A stretch of 63,944 nt of DNA, the filler included, from Candidatus Desantisbacteria bacterium CG1_02_49_89 (GTDB lineage Bacteria; Desantisbacteria; UBA1551), in assembly GCA_001871075.1 (NCBI GenBank). It is 4 parts of 4 records of this genome, joined end to end, with 100 filler letters (N's around TTAATTAATTAA, not from the genome) between each part and the next. Parts side by side here need not be neighbours in the genome. Positions count along the whole stretch, not along the records: positions 32,969 to 49,845 come from MNUP01000093.1; positions 49,946 to 63,944 come from MNUP01000019.1; 2 more parts are not named here. One strand, given 5' to 3'. Shown piece after piece: positions 48,352 through 59,003 of the stretch (position 1 is its first letter; each line of letters begins with the position of its first letter). The position numbers and the translations under genes are program-made. Under the pieces are notes generated by a model, which saw nothing but the letters and a program-made list of their open reading frames with translations, did no database searches and had not been told where the DNA came from.

Positions 48352-48764
48352 CAATTCCATACTATAAACTTCCATATAAACCGAGTGAAGCCTTCCCCGA
48401 GGAAGAAAATGTCTGGAGACCCTTCGTTGAAGTCCGGATAAATAATAAGACGGCACACATTGACTGCCTTGCCTTGCTTGATTCGGGGGCAGACAATTGC
48501 CTTTTTCCGGCCGAAATCGGCGAATATTTGGGAGTTGATATCAGGAAAGGGAAAACCAAGGAATTTGGAGGAATCGGGAAAGGAAAAATTAAAGCCTATT
48601 TTCATGACGTGCTTTTGCGGATAGAAAATATATCTTTTAAGTGTTGCGCAGGTTTCACTTATGACAGACTACCATACGTGCTGTTGGGTCAGAATGGCTT
48701 TTTTGACCAGTGTATTATAAGTTTTGACCTGCCCCAGAGAATCATTCGCATTTCTGTTCCTTAA
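48339..48764 (+). CDS. Retropepsin-like aspartyl protease
   Basis: RPFVEV, ALLDSGAD catalytic motif, GGIG flap, LLGQ..FFD. Confidence 0.88.
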   Translation: MATLTIPYYKLPYKPSEAFPEEENVWRPFVEVRINNKTAHIDCLALLDSGADNCLFPAEIGEYLGVDIRKGKTKEFGGIGKGKIKAYFHDVLLRIENISFKCCAGFTYDRLPYVLLGQNGFFDQCIISFDLPQRIIRISVP

Positions 48765-49006
48765 TAATCTCTGAGAATTGGAATTTTTAATAAAAAACGC
48801 AGAAAACCGCCAAAAAAGGCGGTTTTTCTACTTTTTCTTGCTTTTTTGCCAAAATAGTATATAATATAAAGTCTAATAAATTAGATAATTAGACGACTGG
48901 ATAATTGGATAACTGGTTAAAGCATTCGCAAGGCTGAAGCCTTGCCCTACGACTGCTAAGAACGAGATTGCTTCACTATCGCTCGCAATGACAGGAGAGA
49001 GAAGAT

Positions 49007-49845
49007 ATGCTGGCACGTGTGTATTCATCGGCGATTATAGGGGTGGACGCGTATACCGTTGAAGTAGAAGTTGACATCGGCAAAGGCCTCCCTGTATTTG
49101 ATATAGTAGGGCTGCCTGACGCTTCGGTAAAAGAAGCAAAAAAACGCGTCCGGTCCGCGATCAAGAACAGCCAGTTTGAGTTCCCCGCGCAAAGGATCAC
49201 GGTAAACCTCGCGCCTGCCGACATCAAGAAAGAAGGTTCTTCCTTTGACCTTCCGATCGCCATAGGCATATTAGTCGCTACAGGACAGCTTGAAGCCGAG
49301 GAATTCGGGGATTTCATAATACTCGGAGAGCTTGCGCTTGACGGCAGGATAAGAAAGATAAACGGAACCCTGCCCATAGCCATCGCAGGCAAGAAAGCCA
49401 AAAAGTCGCTTGTAATACCTTCGGAGAACGCGAAAGAAGCGGCTATTGTGGAAAAGCTTGACGTGTTCGCGGTTGACAACCTGAATAAAACATGCGAATT
49501 CCTCAGCGCAAAGTCAACGATACAGCCCTATTCATATAACATAAAGGAGGCGTGGAAGGAAGCCTCGGAATACGAAGTGGATTTCTCCGACGTGAAAGGC
49601 CAGTATCACGTGAAGCGCGCCCTTGAGGTCGCGGCAGCCGGAGGGCACAACTGCATTATGGTAGGGCCGCCGGGTTCAGGCAAGACAATGCTTGCCCGAA
49701 GGCTTTCCACTATCCTTCCTTCTATGGTGCTTGACGAGGCGATCGAGACAACAAAGCTTCACAGCATAGTTGGGCTTGTGCCTTCAGAAAAAGCTATGAT
49801 CGCGACCCGGCCTTTCAGGGCTCCGCACCACACGGTCTCGGACGT
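49007..49845 (+). CDS. comM: YifB/ComM Mg-chelatase-like AAA ATPase, 3'-truncated at contig end
   Basis: IVGLPD.SVKE, ITVNLAPAD.KKEGS.FDLPIA, DVKGQ, GPPGSGKTM, RPFRAPHHT. Confidence 0.93.
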
Positions 49846-49945
49846 NNNNNNNNNNNNNNNNNNNNNNNNNNNNNNNNNNNNNNNNNNNNTTAATTAATTA
49901 ANNNNNNNNNNNNNNNNNNNNNNNNNNNNNNNNNNNNNNNNNNNN
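49846..49945. other. Artificial contig linker
   Basis: N44-TTAATTAATTAA-N44. Confidence 0.98.
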
Positions 49946-50035
49946 TAAATTGTAAAAGTCAAATTTTTAAAAGTTTTAAAATTTAAAATTAAAAATTTGC
50001 AATTTGAGATTTGCAATGTTTTAAGGAGTAGAAAC

Positions 50036-50770
50036 ATGTTCTGGTGGGCGATAGGCAGCACGATATTAGTAAGCCTGATCTCGCTTGTGGGAGTGTTTAC
50101 GCTCGCGATAAGCGACAAAGTCCTAAAAAAGCTTGTGTTCCTGCTGATGGGTTTCTCAGCGGGGGCTCTGCTCGGGGGCGCGTTCCTGCACCTGATCCCG
50201 GAGGCTGCCGAAAAAGCAGGCGGGATAAATATTTATCTCTGGGTGATAGTAGGCCTGGTTGCCTTCTCAATCCTTGAAAGATATTTCTACTGGCGCCACT
50301 GCCATGAGGGCGTATGCGACGTGCACGCGTTCACCTACCTTAACCTTATCGGTGACGGGTTCCATAACCTGATCGACGGTATGGTCATAGCGGCAAGTTA
50401 CGCCGCGGGAATTAAAGTGGGGATAATCACGACGATCGCGGTCATTTCGCACGAGATCCCGCAGGAAATGGGAGATTTCGGTGTGCTTGTATACGGAGGG
50501 TTCACAAAAACAAAAGCGCTGTTCTTCAATTTTCTCTCCGCGCTGACAGCGGTTGCAGGCGCGTTCATAGGGTTCTATTTTTACAGGCATATTGAAGGCT
50601 CGGTCCCGGCCCTTCTCGCGTTTACCGCGGGCGGGTTCATATACGTTGCGGCTTCTGACCTTATACCGGAGCTGCAGCACCAGAAGGATACAAAAAGAGG
50701 CAACATCGCGTTCGTGTTCTTCCTGGGCGGCCTTGTTTTCATGTGGGCTGCCAGGTTTCTCGGCCATTAA
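50036..50770 (+). CDS. ZIP family metal transporter
   Basis: AFLHLIPEA, HCHE, DGFHNLIDG, HEIPQEMGDFG, IYVAASDLIPEL. Confidence 0.93.
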   Translation: MFWWAIGSTILVSLISLVGVFTLAISDKVLKKLVFLLMGFSAGALLGGAFLHLIPEAAEKAGGINIYLWVIVGLVAFSILERYFYWRHCHEGVCDVHAFTYLNLIGDGFHNLIDGMVIAASYAAGIKVGIITTIAVISHEIPQEMGDFGVLVYGGFTKTKALFFNFLSALTAVAGAFIGFYFYRHIEGSVPALLAFTAGGFIYVAASDLIPELQHQKDTKRGNIAFVFFLGGLVFMWAARFLGH

Positions 50771-50883
50771 ATACAGTTGAACGTCGTAAGTTATAATCCC
50801 CCTGCCATCCCCCTTTGGAAAAGGGGGAAAGAGGGGGATTTGAAAACGCACGACGCACGACGCACGACTAATATAGAGGAAGC

Positions 50884-52287
50884 ATGAAAGCGACTTTGCA
50901 ATTCCTGGGCGGGGCAGGCGGGGAAGTCACGGGTTCAATGCACCTGCTTGAGCTTGGCGGCAAAAAAATACTCATTGACTGCGGTTTCTTCCAGGGCAGA
51001 AGGGAAGAGTCCATGAAAAGGAACCGCGTTTTTCCGTTTGACCCCAGGACAATAGATGCCCTTGTCCTGTCCCACGCCCACATAGACCACTCAGGCAACA
51101 TACCCAACCTTGTCAAGCAGGGGTTCAGGGGAAATATCTATTCAACCGTGGCGACCAGGAACCTGTGCGCGGTGATGCTGAAAGACGCGGCCCACATACA
51201 GGAACAGGACTCTGAATACATAAATAAAAAACACCATCTTGAGTATATGTCAGCCGTGGAACCGATCTACGGCATTAAAGATGTCGAAGACAGCATGCAG
51301 CTTTTTATAGGCATCCCTTATAACAGAAGCATAAACGTGTATGAAAACCTTACAGTTACTTTCAGCGACGCGGGTCATATACTCGGCGCCGGGTTGTCCG
51401 CTTTTGACATAAGGCAGGACAACAGGACCCTGCGCCTGGGCTACATCGTGGACCTGGGTAGAAAAAGGCTCCCGATACTGTCAGACCCGGTTGTGATACC
51501 CGGCATGGACCACGTGATCATTGAAAGCACTTACGGCGACAAGCTGCACGATGATATCGGGGACAGCCTGAACGAGCTGCGCGACGCGATAAACCGCACC
51601 GCGGGGCGCGGGGGTAAGGTGATTATCCCGGCATTTTCTCTTGAAAGGACGCAGGAAGTCCTTTTTTTCATACGCAAACTTATAGATGAAAAGCAGATCC
51701 CCGCGCTTCCCGTGTACGTGGACAGCCCGCTTGCCGTGAACGTAACCGAGGTTTTCAGGTTCCACTCGGAATATTTCGACGAGGAAACAAGGGATATGCT
51801 TGCGCGCGGGGAAGACCCGTTCAGCTTTGAAGGCCTGCATTTCGTGCGCAGCGTGGCCGACTCGAAGGCGATCCAGTTTAACCCAAACCCCATGATAATT
51901 ATCTCCGCGTCAGGCATGTGCGAAACAGGCAGGATCCTGCACCATCTGAAAAATAACGCCGAAGACCCGCGTTCCACTATACTGATCATAAGCTTCATGG
52001 CGCAGCACACCCTGGGAAGAAGGATAGTTGAGAGGCAGCCGAGAATAAAGATATTCGGAAAAGAATACAGCCTGAAGGCAGAGGTCGTGATCCTTAACAC
52101 CTTCTCCGCTCACGCTGACCAGAAAGAGCTGATGGAATACGTAAACAGCGTCAGGGAAAAAGACCCGCGGTTCTACGTGGTCCACGGCGAAGAGAAGCAG
52201 AGCCAGGCCCTGCTTGAAAAGATGATAGGAGCGGGTATTACGAAGGTTGCGGTCCCGCAGCGCGGCGATAAGGTAGAGCTTGGCTGA
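50884..52287 (+). CDS. MBL-fold beta-CASP metallo-hydrolase (YSH1-like RNase)
   Basis: SHAHIDHSG, AGHILG, ESTYG, IPAFSLERTQE, FSAHAD, VHGE. Confidence 0.92.
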   Translation: MKATLQFLGGAGGEVTGSMHLLELGGKKILIDCGFFQGRREESMKRNRVFPFDPRTIDALVLSHAHIDHSGNIPNLVKQGFRGNIYSTVATRNLCAVMLKDAAHIQEQDSEYINKKHHLEYMSAVEPIYGIKDVEDSMQLFIGIPYNRSINVYENLTVTFSDAGHILGAGLSAFDIRQDNRTLRLGYIVDLGRKRLPILSDPVVIPGMDHVIIESTYGDKLHDDIGDSLNELRDAINRTAGRGGKVIIPAFSLERTQEVLFFIRKLIDEKQIPALPVYVDSPLAVNVTEVFRFHSEYFDEETRDMLARGEDPFSFEGLHFVRSVADSKAIQFNPNPMIIISASGMCETGRILHHLKNNAEDPRSTILIISFMAQHTLGRRIVERQPRIKIFGKEYSLKAEVVILNTFSAHADQKELMEYVNSVREKDPRFYVVHGEEKQSQALLEKMIGAGITKVAVPQRGDKVELG

Positions 52288-52419
52288 ACGCGAAGATTGT
52301 CGTACGTCGTACGTCTTGCGTCGTGCGCATGAATCTTTTAAACGTATGACCTACGACATACGACGGTATTTACGTAAGACGCGCGACGTATGACGCATGA
52401 CGGCATAACAGGAGGCAAA

Positions 52420-53067
52420 ATGAAAAAGGCGTTGATCGTATGGGGAGGATGGGACGGGCATGAGCCGAAGCAGTGCGCGGATATATTCGAGCCTTATCTG
52501 AAAAGCCAGGGGTATGAAGTTATTGTGTCCAATACCCTGGCCGCATACACGGACCAGGAACTGATGAAGTCCCTGAACCTTATCGTGCCGATATGGACAA
52601 TGAGCTCGGTTACCGCGGATGCCGAGGTTAAACTTCTCCTTGAAACAGTTAAAAACGGCGTTGGGCTGGCAGGGTGGCACGGTGGGATGGCTGATTCTTT
52701 CCGCATGAACACGGAATACCAGTGGATGGTAGGCGGCCAGTGGGTCGCGCACCCCGGCGGCCTTGTGGAATATGAAGTGAATATAATTGATCACAATGAC
52801 CCCATCACAAAAGGCCTGAAAGACTTCAAGATGAAGTCAGAGCAGTATTACATGCACGTAGACCCCTCGAACGAAGTGCTTGCGACCACCACGTTTTCAG
52901 GCCTTGACGCTCCCTGGACAAAGGGATGCGTGATGCCGGCTGTTTGGAAAAGGATGTGGGGCAAAGGACGGATATTTTATACTTCTCTGGGACACGTTGC
53001 GGCGGATTTCAATGTGCCGGAAGCGCTCGAGATAGTTAAGCGCGGGATGCTCTGGGCGAGCTTGTAA
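52420..53067 (+). CDS. ThuA domain protein
   Basis: [37 protein letters not shown]. Confidence 0.9.
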   Translation: MKKALIVWGGWDGHEPKQCADIFEPYLKSQGYEVIVSNTLAAYTDQELMKSLNLIVPIWTMSSVTADAEVKLLLETVKNGVGLAGWHGGMADSFRMNTEYQWMVGGQWVAHPGGLVEYEVNIIDHNDPITKGLKDFKMKSEQYYMHVDPSNEVLATTTFSGLDAPWTKGCVMPAVWKRMWGKGRIFYTSLGHVAADFNVPEALEIVKRGMLWASL

Positions 53068-53173
53068 AACAGTGGTGAGTGGCCAGTGGTCAGTTGTTAG
53101 TGAAGGAAAACAGCTTTTTTTAACTTTGACACGTTGATACGTTGATACGTTGACACGTTTTTGGGAGGTGAGC

Positions 53174-53878
53174 ATGGCTAGGCCGCGTTGCGTTATAAAA
53201 CACCACGAGGACAGGGAGCTCCTTACTCACGTTAAAAAGAAAACCCCGGATTTTCCGTACAGGGATTCCTGGAGGACTTTCAGGATTTTGGGCGAATTCG
53301 TAGAGGGCTTCGACTCCCTTTACAAAATAGACAAGGGCGTTACGATATTCGGCGGCACGCGCGCCCCCAGGACCAGCCCCTACTACAAGGCGGCCGAGAA
53401 GGTGGCATACGGGCTTGCAAAGAACGGTTTTGCGGTGATCACAGGCGGGGGCCCGGGCATCATGGAGGCGGCAAACAAGGGCGCGTATGACGCTGGCGGC
53501 ATATCGGTTGGGTGCAACATAGAGCTTCCCTGCGAGCAGATCCCCAACAAATACCAGACCATAAAACTGAATTTCCGCTACTTCTTTGTAAGGAAAATGA
53601 TGTTCGTGAAATACGCGCGGGCGTTCATAATTTTCCCGGGCGGCCTGGGTTCAATGGACGAGTTCTTTGAGTCCTTCGTGCTGGCGCAGACAGGGAAAAC
53701 CCAGCATTTCCCCATAATCCTTTTTGGTTCCGAATACTGGGATGGCCTGCTCGCGTGGATGCGCAGCAAGATGCTGAAAGAGGGCTATATAGATAAAAAA
53801 GACCTTTCTCTGCTGACCGTTACTGACAGCCCCAGGCAATGCGTAGACATTGTCGTGAGGAAGTCGGCCCGGAAATAA
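53174..53878 (+). CDS. LOG family (TIGR00730-like) Rossmann-fold protein
   Basis: EFVEGF, ITGGGPGIMEAANKGA, YFFVRK.MF, PGGLGSMDE. Confidence 0.9.
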   Translation: MARPRCVIKHHEDRELLTHVKKKTPDFPYRDSWRTFRILGEFVEGFDSLYKIDKGVTIFGGTRAPRTSPYYKAAEKVAYGLAKNGFAVITGGGPGIMEAANKGAYDAGGISVGCNIELPCEQIPNKYQTIKLNFRYFFVRKMMFVKYARAFIIFPGGLGSMDEFFESFVLAQTGKTQHFPIILFGSEYWDGLLAWMRSKMLKEGYIDKKDLSLLTVTDSPRQCVDIVVRKSARK

Positions 53879-54011
53879 ATACAGTTTATCCCAAAGGGAT
53901 CCCTTCGGGACAAGTTTACAAGTCAATAAGTTTACAAAGTTTTATTTTAACTTTATAAACTCTGTAAACTCTGTAAACCAAATTCATTCTTAATTTTTCA
54001 GGGAGTTTACT

Positions 54012-56048
54012 ATGCTTAAGCTGGATGCGGAAACCGGAAGACTTTTTTCAGGCAAACTGGATCTGGAGTTCGCTGACAGGCAGTATTGCCGCGCGATCAC
54101 GGGCTTTGCCGAGCACAAAAGGATGATCATCAATGCCGGGCTTGCAAGCAGGAAAATCGTCAACAAAGGCAGCGGCATAACAATAACGGGGATTTTTGAG
54201 CACACCATGGTTGAACTGGTGCAGGAATTCAGGCAGAACAACGGTGTGCTTGAAGAGACAATAACCCTGCGCAACAGGGGTTCAGTGCCGGTGGACCTTG
54301 AGAAAGCGGATTTCGGTTTTACCGCAGATCTGGCAAGCAGGCAGGGCTGGCGCCTGTGCGCGATCCCTTTCAGGGTGCAGCTGGACGGAAGCGCGCATGA
54401 TTATAGCGGCGAAGCGCTTTCAGCGGGTAAGTTCCGGAACGCCGTATACTCTGACACCACCCGGCCTGAGCCGGCGCTGAAAGAACAGGGTATCCTTCGT
54501 TCTGAAGCATGGGCATGGGGTCCGGGGGACAAGGGCCTGGTGATCATTAAATACAACAACAACGCGTTCGAACTGTCTGTTGCCTGCCCGCAAAAGCCAG
54601 GCATTCTACGTTTCGGAGGCGCCGGATTCTGTTTATACGGAGAACCGTCAACCTGCAGGCAGATACCCGCTGGCAAAACCATAGTTTTCGGGACCACGTA
54701 TTACATGGAGTTTGAAGGCGGCCTGGACAAGGCGTTTTATCTATACCGCGATTTCCTGGAAGGAAAAGGGCACGGGTTCCCGGAAAACTATGACCCGCCT
54801 GTGAACTGGAACGAGCTTTATGACGTGGGCTGGTACCATTCAAACACAGAAGAGCTGAAAAAGCATTACACCCGCGAAGCTCTGCTGAAAGAAGCTCAGA
54901 AAGCCAAAGATTGCGGGTGCGAGCTTCTGTACCTGGACCCGGGATGGGAAGTTACGGAAGGCACGACCCTGTGGGATGAATCCAGGCTTGGGTCTGTTTC
55001 AGAGCTCGTAAAGACCCTGAAGGACAAATTCGGGCTGGGCCTGGGTTACCGCACCATACTCCGCACCTACAAGGATCTTTGGGACCATAAATATCTGGTA
55101 AAGCACTCTTCTGACGCGGTTCCGTCTTCCGTTTCCTTCGGGGGAACTCCTATGTGGGAACCCTGCCTGTGCAGCCCGGAATTCTTCAGGGAAAAATTGA
55201 AGCGCATACTCGCGATCTCAGGCAAGGGTGTTAAATTCATGATGTTTGACGAGATGGACTGGAGAGGGCCCTGCCTTGATCCTTCCCACGGACACCCTGT
55301 GCCGGCAACGCCGCTTGACCACGCGCTCGCGGTCTACAAACTGTGCAGTGAAGTCAGGAAAAAATGCCCCGGGCTTGTCATAGAGGCGCACGACCCTGTC
55401 TGGCCATGGAGCACCTGCGTGTACGTGCCGCTGTATTTCAGGCAGGGGTTCGGCAGAAAAGGAAGTTACGACGAGAACTGGGGATTCGAATACATGTGGA
55501 ACTGCATTGATGACCTGAGAACCGGCAGGGCGCTTGCCCTGTATTATTACGCGCTTGGCTGCGGCATACCTTTATACCTGCACATAACCATGGCCGCGGA
55601 CAACGATACCTGCGTGTTCTTTTGGTGGGCGGCGTCAACCGTAAGGCACCTCGGCATAGGCGGCAAACAGAGCAACCCGACAGTAGAGGGGGCGGGGAAA
55701 CTGCCTTCGTTTGACCCCGAGAAGCGGTTTTCCGCGTATAAAGAGCAGATGAGAATATACAGGAGCCTTAAACCTTATTTTGTCAGGGGAAAATTCTTCG
55801 GCATTGACGAAAAGATCCACCTTCACGTGCTTCTGGGCAAAAAAGGCGGGGTGGTCAGCGTTTTTAATCTCGAAGAAACAGAAAAAGAGATCAGGTTCAG
55901 CATACCGCTCGAGCTTCTGAATACGGATTCAGCGCTTGAGGTCCGGGGCGCCGCGGCGCAGTGGTCGGAAAAAAACGTTGAGCTGAAGCTTAAGCTGGGA
56001 CCGATGAGCCCCGCTGTCATATGCATCGGCTCCGCGATAAAACCTTAA
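54012..56048 (+). CDS. Putative glycoside hydrolase, GH36/alpha-galactosidase-like TIM barrel
   Basis: N-terminal supersandwich-like region, PVNWN, LLYLDPGW, GVKFMMFD. Confidence 0.6.
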   Translation: MLKLDAETGRLFSGKLDLEFADRQYCRAITGFAEHKRMIINAGLASRKIVNKGSGITITGIFEHTMVELVQEFRQNNGVLEETITLRNRGSVPVDLEKADFGFTADLASRQGWRLCAIPFRVQLDGSAHDYSGEALSAGKFRNAVYSDTTRPEPALKEQGILRSEAWAWGPGDKGLVIIKYNNNAFELSVACPQKPGILRFGGAGFCLYGEPSTCRQIPAGKTIVFGTTYYMEFEGGLDKAFYLYRDFLEGKGHGFPENYDPPVNWNELYDVGWYHSNTEELKKHYTREALLKEAQKAKDCGCELLYLDPGWEVTEGTTLWDESRLGSVSELVKTLKDKFGLGLGYRTILRTYKDLWDHKYLVKHSSDAVPSSVSFGGTPMWEPCLCSPEFFREKLKRILAISGKGVKFMMFDEMDWRGPCLDPSHGHPVPATPLDHALAVYKLCSEVRKKCPGLVIEAHDPVWPWSTCVYVPLYFRQGFGRKGSYDENWGFEYMWNCIDDLRTGRALALYYYALGCGIPLYLHITMAADNDTCVFFWWAASTVRHLGIGGKQSNPTVEGAGKLPSFDPEKRFSAYKEQMRIYRSLKPYFVRGKFFGIDEKIHLHVLLGKKGGVVSVFNLEETEKEIRFSIPLELLNTDSALEVRGAAAQWSEKNVELKLKLGPMSPAVICIGSAIKP

Positions 56049-56223
56049 ACCTTTTAACCACGAATTTTCACGGATTCCCACGAATTTCTGTAACTCAAAC
56101 CTTCAGGTTTGATATCAGGGCTGAAGCCCTGAGTTACGATAAAACTCCTTGTTGTTGCTCTGACACGTTGATACGTTGACACGTTGACACGCTTTTAAAT
56201 CTATGACTTACGGCGGAATTAAC

Positions 56224-56979
56224 ATGATAGACACCCATGCTCATTTAACGGATGCTGACTTTGACGCTGATCGCGCGGAAGTCATTGAGCGGGCAAAAGA
56301 AGCGGGAGTTGAAAAGATAATCTGCATTCTCTGCGAATTCAATGAAAAGAACCTGGCGATTTTCAAAGAACTGCTAAGCCGGGATTTTATTTTCGGCGCT
56401 GCGGCAATACACCCGCATGACGCAAAAGACTTCGAAAACAGAAAAAGCGAATTTTTGAAAACATTGGGGTTTCCGAAAGTAGTTGCGGTTGGCGAAATAG
56501 GGCTGGACTATCATTATATGTATTCCCCGAAAGAGATCCAGGTGAAAGTTTTTGAAGAGCAGCTGCTGATCGCAAAGGAAAAGAACCTTCCTGTTGTTAT
56601 ACACTCAAGGGAAGCTCCAGCGGATACCCTTGATATCATAAAGAAGCAAAAGCCGCGCAGGGGAGTAATGCACTGTTTTTCCGGGGATGAAAAAGAAGCG
56701 AAGGAATACCTGGGACTGGGTTTTTATATTTCGTTCGCAGGGCCGCTCACTTTCAGGAACGCGGCAAAGCCCAAGGAAGTGATAAAAATGATCCCCGATA
56801 ACAGGCTTTTGCTTGAAACAGACTGCCCGTGGCTCGCGCCCCAGGCGTTCCGCGGCAAGCGCAACGAGCCGGCGTATATTAAAAGCACGTACGAAGAAGC
56901 CGCACGCCTGCGCAACACTACAGTTGAAAAACTTTCAGACACTGTTACTACAAATACAAAGGAACTATTTAACATATAA
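56224..56979 (+). CDS. tatD: TatD family hydrolase
   Basis: IDTHAHL, IHPH, GEIGLDY, IHSREA, HCFSG, LETDCP. Confidence 0.93.
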   Translation: MIDTHAHLTDADFDADRAEVIERAKEAGVEKIICILCEFNEKNLAIFKELLSRDFIFGAAAIHPHDAKDFENRKSEFLKTLGFPKVVAVGEIGLDYHYMYSPKEIQVKVFEEQLLIAKEKNLPVVIHSREAPADTLDIIKKQKPRRGVMHCFSGDEKEAKEYLGLGFYISFAGPLTFRNAAKPKEVIKMIPDNRLLLETDCPWLAPQAFRGKRNEPAYIKSTYEEAARLRNTTVEKLSDTVTTNTKELFNI

Positions 56980-57146
56980 AATATTACTTTGACACTGATT
57001 TGCACAGATTGCCGCGGATTTTCACATTCAGCTTTCAGCACCTTCGGGCATTCAGCAATCAGGGCTGAAGCCCTGAGTTACAATAAAATTCCTTGCCGTT
57101 GATTCATAACTCATAACTCATAATTCATAATTAAAGGAATAACCCA

Positions 57147-58214
57147 ATGACCGAAATGACTTCTCACGAAAGATTTAAACGAATGTACGAGCACAGGGAG
57201 GCTGACCGGGTCCCGATAATTGACGGGCCGTGGGGCGCCACGATCGAAAGGTGGCAGGCAGAAGGAATGCCGAAGGACATGGATTTCACGGATTTCTTCA
57301 AGCTTGACCACGTTGCGGGCATTGGGGTTGACAACAGCCCCAGGTATGAATCGAAGGTAATAGAGGAAACAGACAAATACGCGATCTACACGACAAACTG
57401 GGGCGCAACCCTTAAGAACTGGAAGCACGCGGCTTCAACCCCTGAATTCCTGGACTTCAGGGTAAAGGACAAAATAAGCTGGGCTGACGCGAAAGAAAGG
57501 ATGAGGCCGGATAAAGACAGGATCCCCTGGGACCATTTGAAGGCGAACTATAAAACCTGGAGGGAGAAGGGATGGTGGATACAGGCAGGCCTGTGGTTCG
57601 GGTTTGACGTGACACACGCCTGGACAGTTGGCACAGAGCGTCTGCTTATGGCGCTCATCGAAGACCCTGAATGGTGCGCGGACATGTTCAACCACTACTT
57701 AGACGTGAATATCGCGCTGCTGGATATGGTATGGGACGCGGGATACACATTCGATTGCGCGGGCTGGCCTGATGACATGGGTTACAAGTATAACCAGTTC
57801 TTCTCCCTGAACACTTACCGGAAAGTATTAAAGCCGGTGCACAAGCGCGCGATAGACTGGATACATTCCAAAGGGGCAAAGGCGCATTTGCATTCCTGCG
57901 GCGACGTGAATCCTTTCATGCCTGAATTTATCGAGATGGGCCTGGACGCGCTGAACCCGCTTGAGGTCAAGGCAGGGATGAACCCTGTTGAGCTTAAAAA
58001 GAAATATGGAAGCAAGCTTGTCCTGCACGGCGGCATTAACGCGGTTTTGTGGGATGATATTGACGCGATCGAAGCGGAGATGAAAAGGGTTGTGCCTGTC
58101 CTGAAACAGGGCGGCGGTTATATATTCTCGTCCGACCACTCTGTTCCCTCGAGCGTGAGCCTGGAGAACTTCAGGCGCATCACAGCCCTGGCGAAGCAAC
58201 TTGGCAGATATTAA
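57147..58214 (+). CDS. Uroporphyrinogen decarboxylase-like (URO-D/MtaA-CmuA superfamily) protein
   Basis: EADRVP, DDMG, HSCG, LNPLE, GGYIFSSDHSVP. Confidence 0.85.
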   Translation: MTEMTSHERFKRMYEHREADRVPIIDGPWGATIERWQAEGMPKDMDFTDFFKLDHVAGIGVDNSPRYESKVIEETDKYAIYTTNWGATLKNWKHAASTPEFLDFRVKDKISWADAKERMRPDKDRIPWDHLKANYKTWREKGWWIQAGLWFGFDVTHAWTVGTERLLMALIEDPEWCADMFNHYLDVNIALLDMVWDAGYTFDCAGWPDDMGYKYNQFFSLNTYRKVLKPVHKRAIDWIHSKGAKAHLHSCGDVNPFMPEFIEMGLDALNPLEVKAGMNPVELKKKYGSKLVLHGGINAVLWDDIDAIEAEMKRVVPVLKQGGGYIFSSDHSVPSSVSLENFRRITALAKQLGRY

Positions 58215-58351
58215 ATAACGTTCATCGTGCATCGTTCTTCGTTCATCGCTAAAGCTTTAACGAGCAACCAGCAACCAGTAACGAGTAACCGCTCTTGCGA
58301 TGCACGACCCGCAAGGGCGAAGCACGAAGCACGAGATGAAGGAGGTAAGGA

Positions 58352-58900
58352 ATGATCACAAAGTCAGAGAGGAAGAAGGCGCAGGACAAGGCGGCGCAGT
58401 ACCTGAAAAGAGCGGGTATAGTATTAACGCCGAAGGAAAAGAAGAGCATTGAGGTCGCGGACCTGGGCTTGGGCGATTTCAGGAACACAGGGCTTGAACT
58501 GGTTGTTTACGTGAACACTCGAAGATGCTGCGCGAAGGAGCTTATCCTGTTCCCGAAGCAGACCTGCCCCGAGCACAGGCACCCCAGGATCAGCAAGGAC
58601 AACCCCGGCAAGGAAGAGACTTTCCGCTGCAGGTGGGGCAGGATCTATCTTTATGTGCCGGGCAAAAAAACAAAGAACCCGCACGCCACTCCGCCCAAAG
58701 GCACGGAGAAATATTACACTGTATGGCACGAGGTAGTGCTGAACCCCGGCGACCAGTATACGCTTTCGCCCAACACCCGCCACTGGTTCCAGCCAGGCCC
58801 GAAAGGCGCGGTTGTTTCCGAATTCTCTACAGCAAGCGTTGATGAAAAAGACTGGTTCCCCAATCCCAATATCAACAGGATAACAAAAGTCACGAAATAA
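58352..58900 (+). CDS. D-lyxose/D-mannose family sugar isomerase (cupin)
   Basis: YVNT.RCCAKEL, CPEHRHP, GKEETFR, HWFQ, SEFST. Confidence 0.9.
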   Translation: MITKSERKKAQDKAAQYLKRAGIVLTPKEKKSIEVADLGLGDFRNTGLELVVYVNTRRCCAKELILFPKQTCPEHRHPRISKDNPGKEETFRCRWGRIYLYVPGKKTKNPHATPPKGTEKYYTVWHEVVLNPGDQYTLSPNTRHWFQPGPKGAVVSEFSTASVDEKDWFPNPNINRITKVTK

Positions 58901-59003
58901 AATGACGTTCATCGTTCTTCGTTCATCGTCTTAACACATGACCCATGACACATGACACATGACTGTTTCTGCGATGCACGATGCACGATGCACGACGGAC
59001 GAA

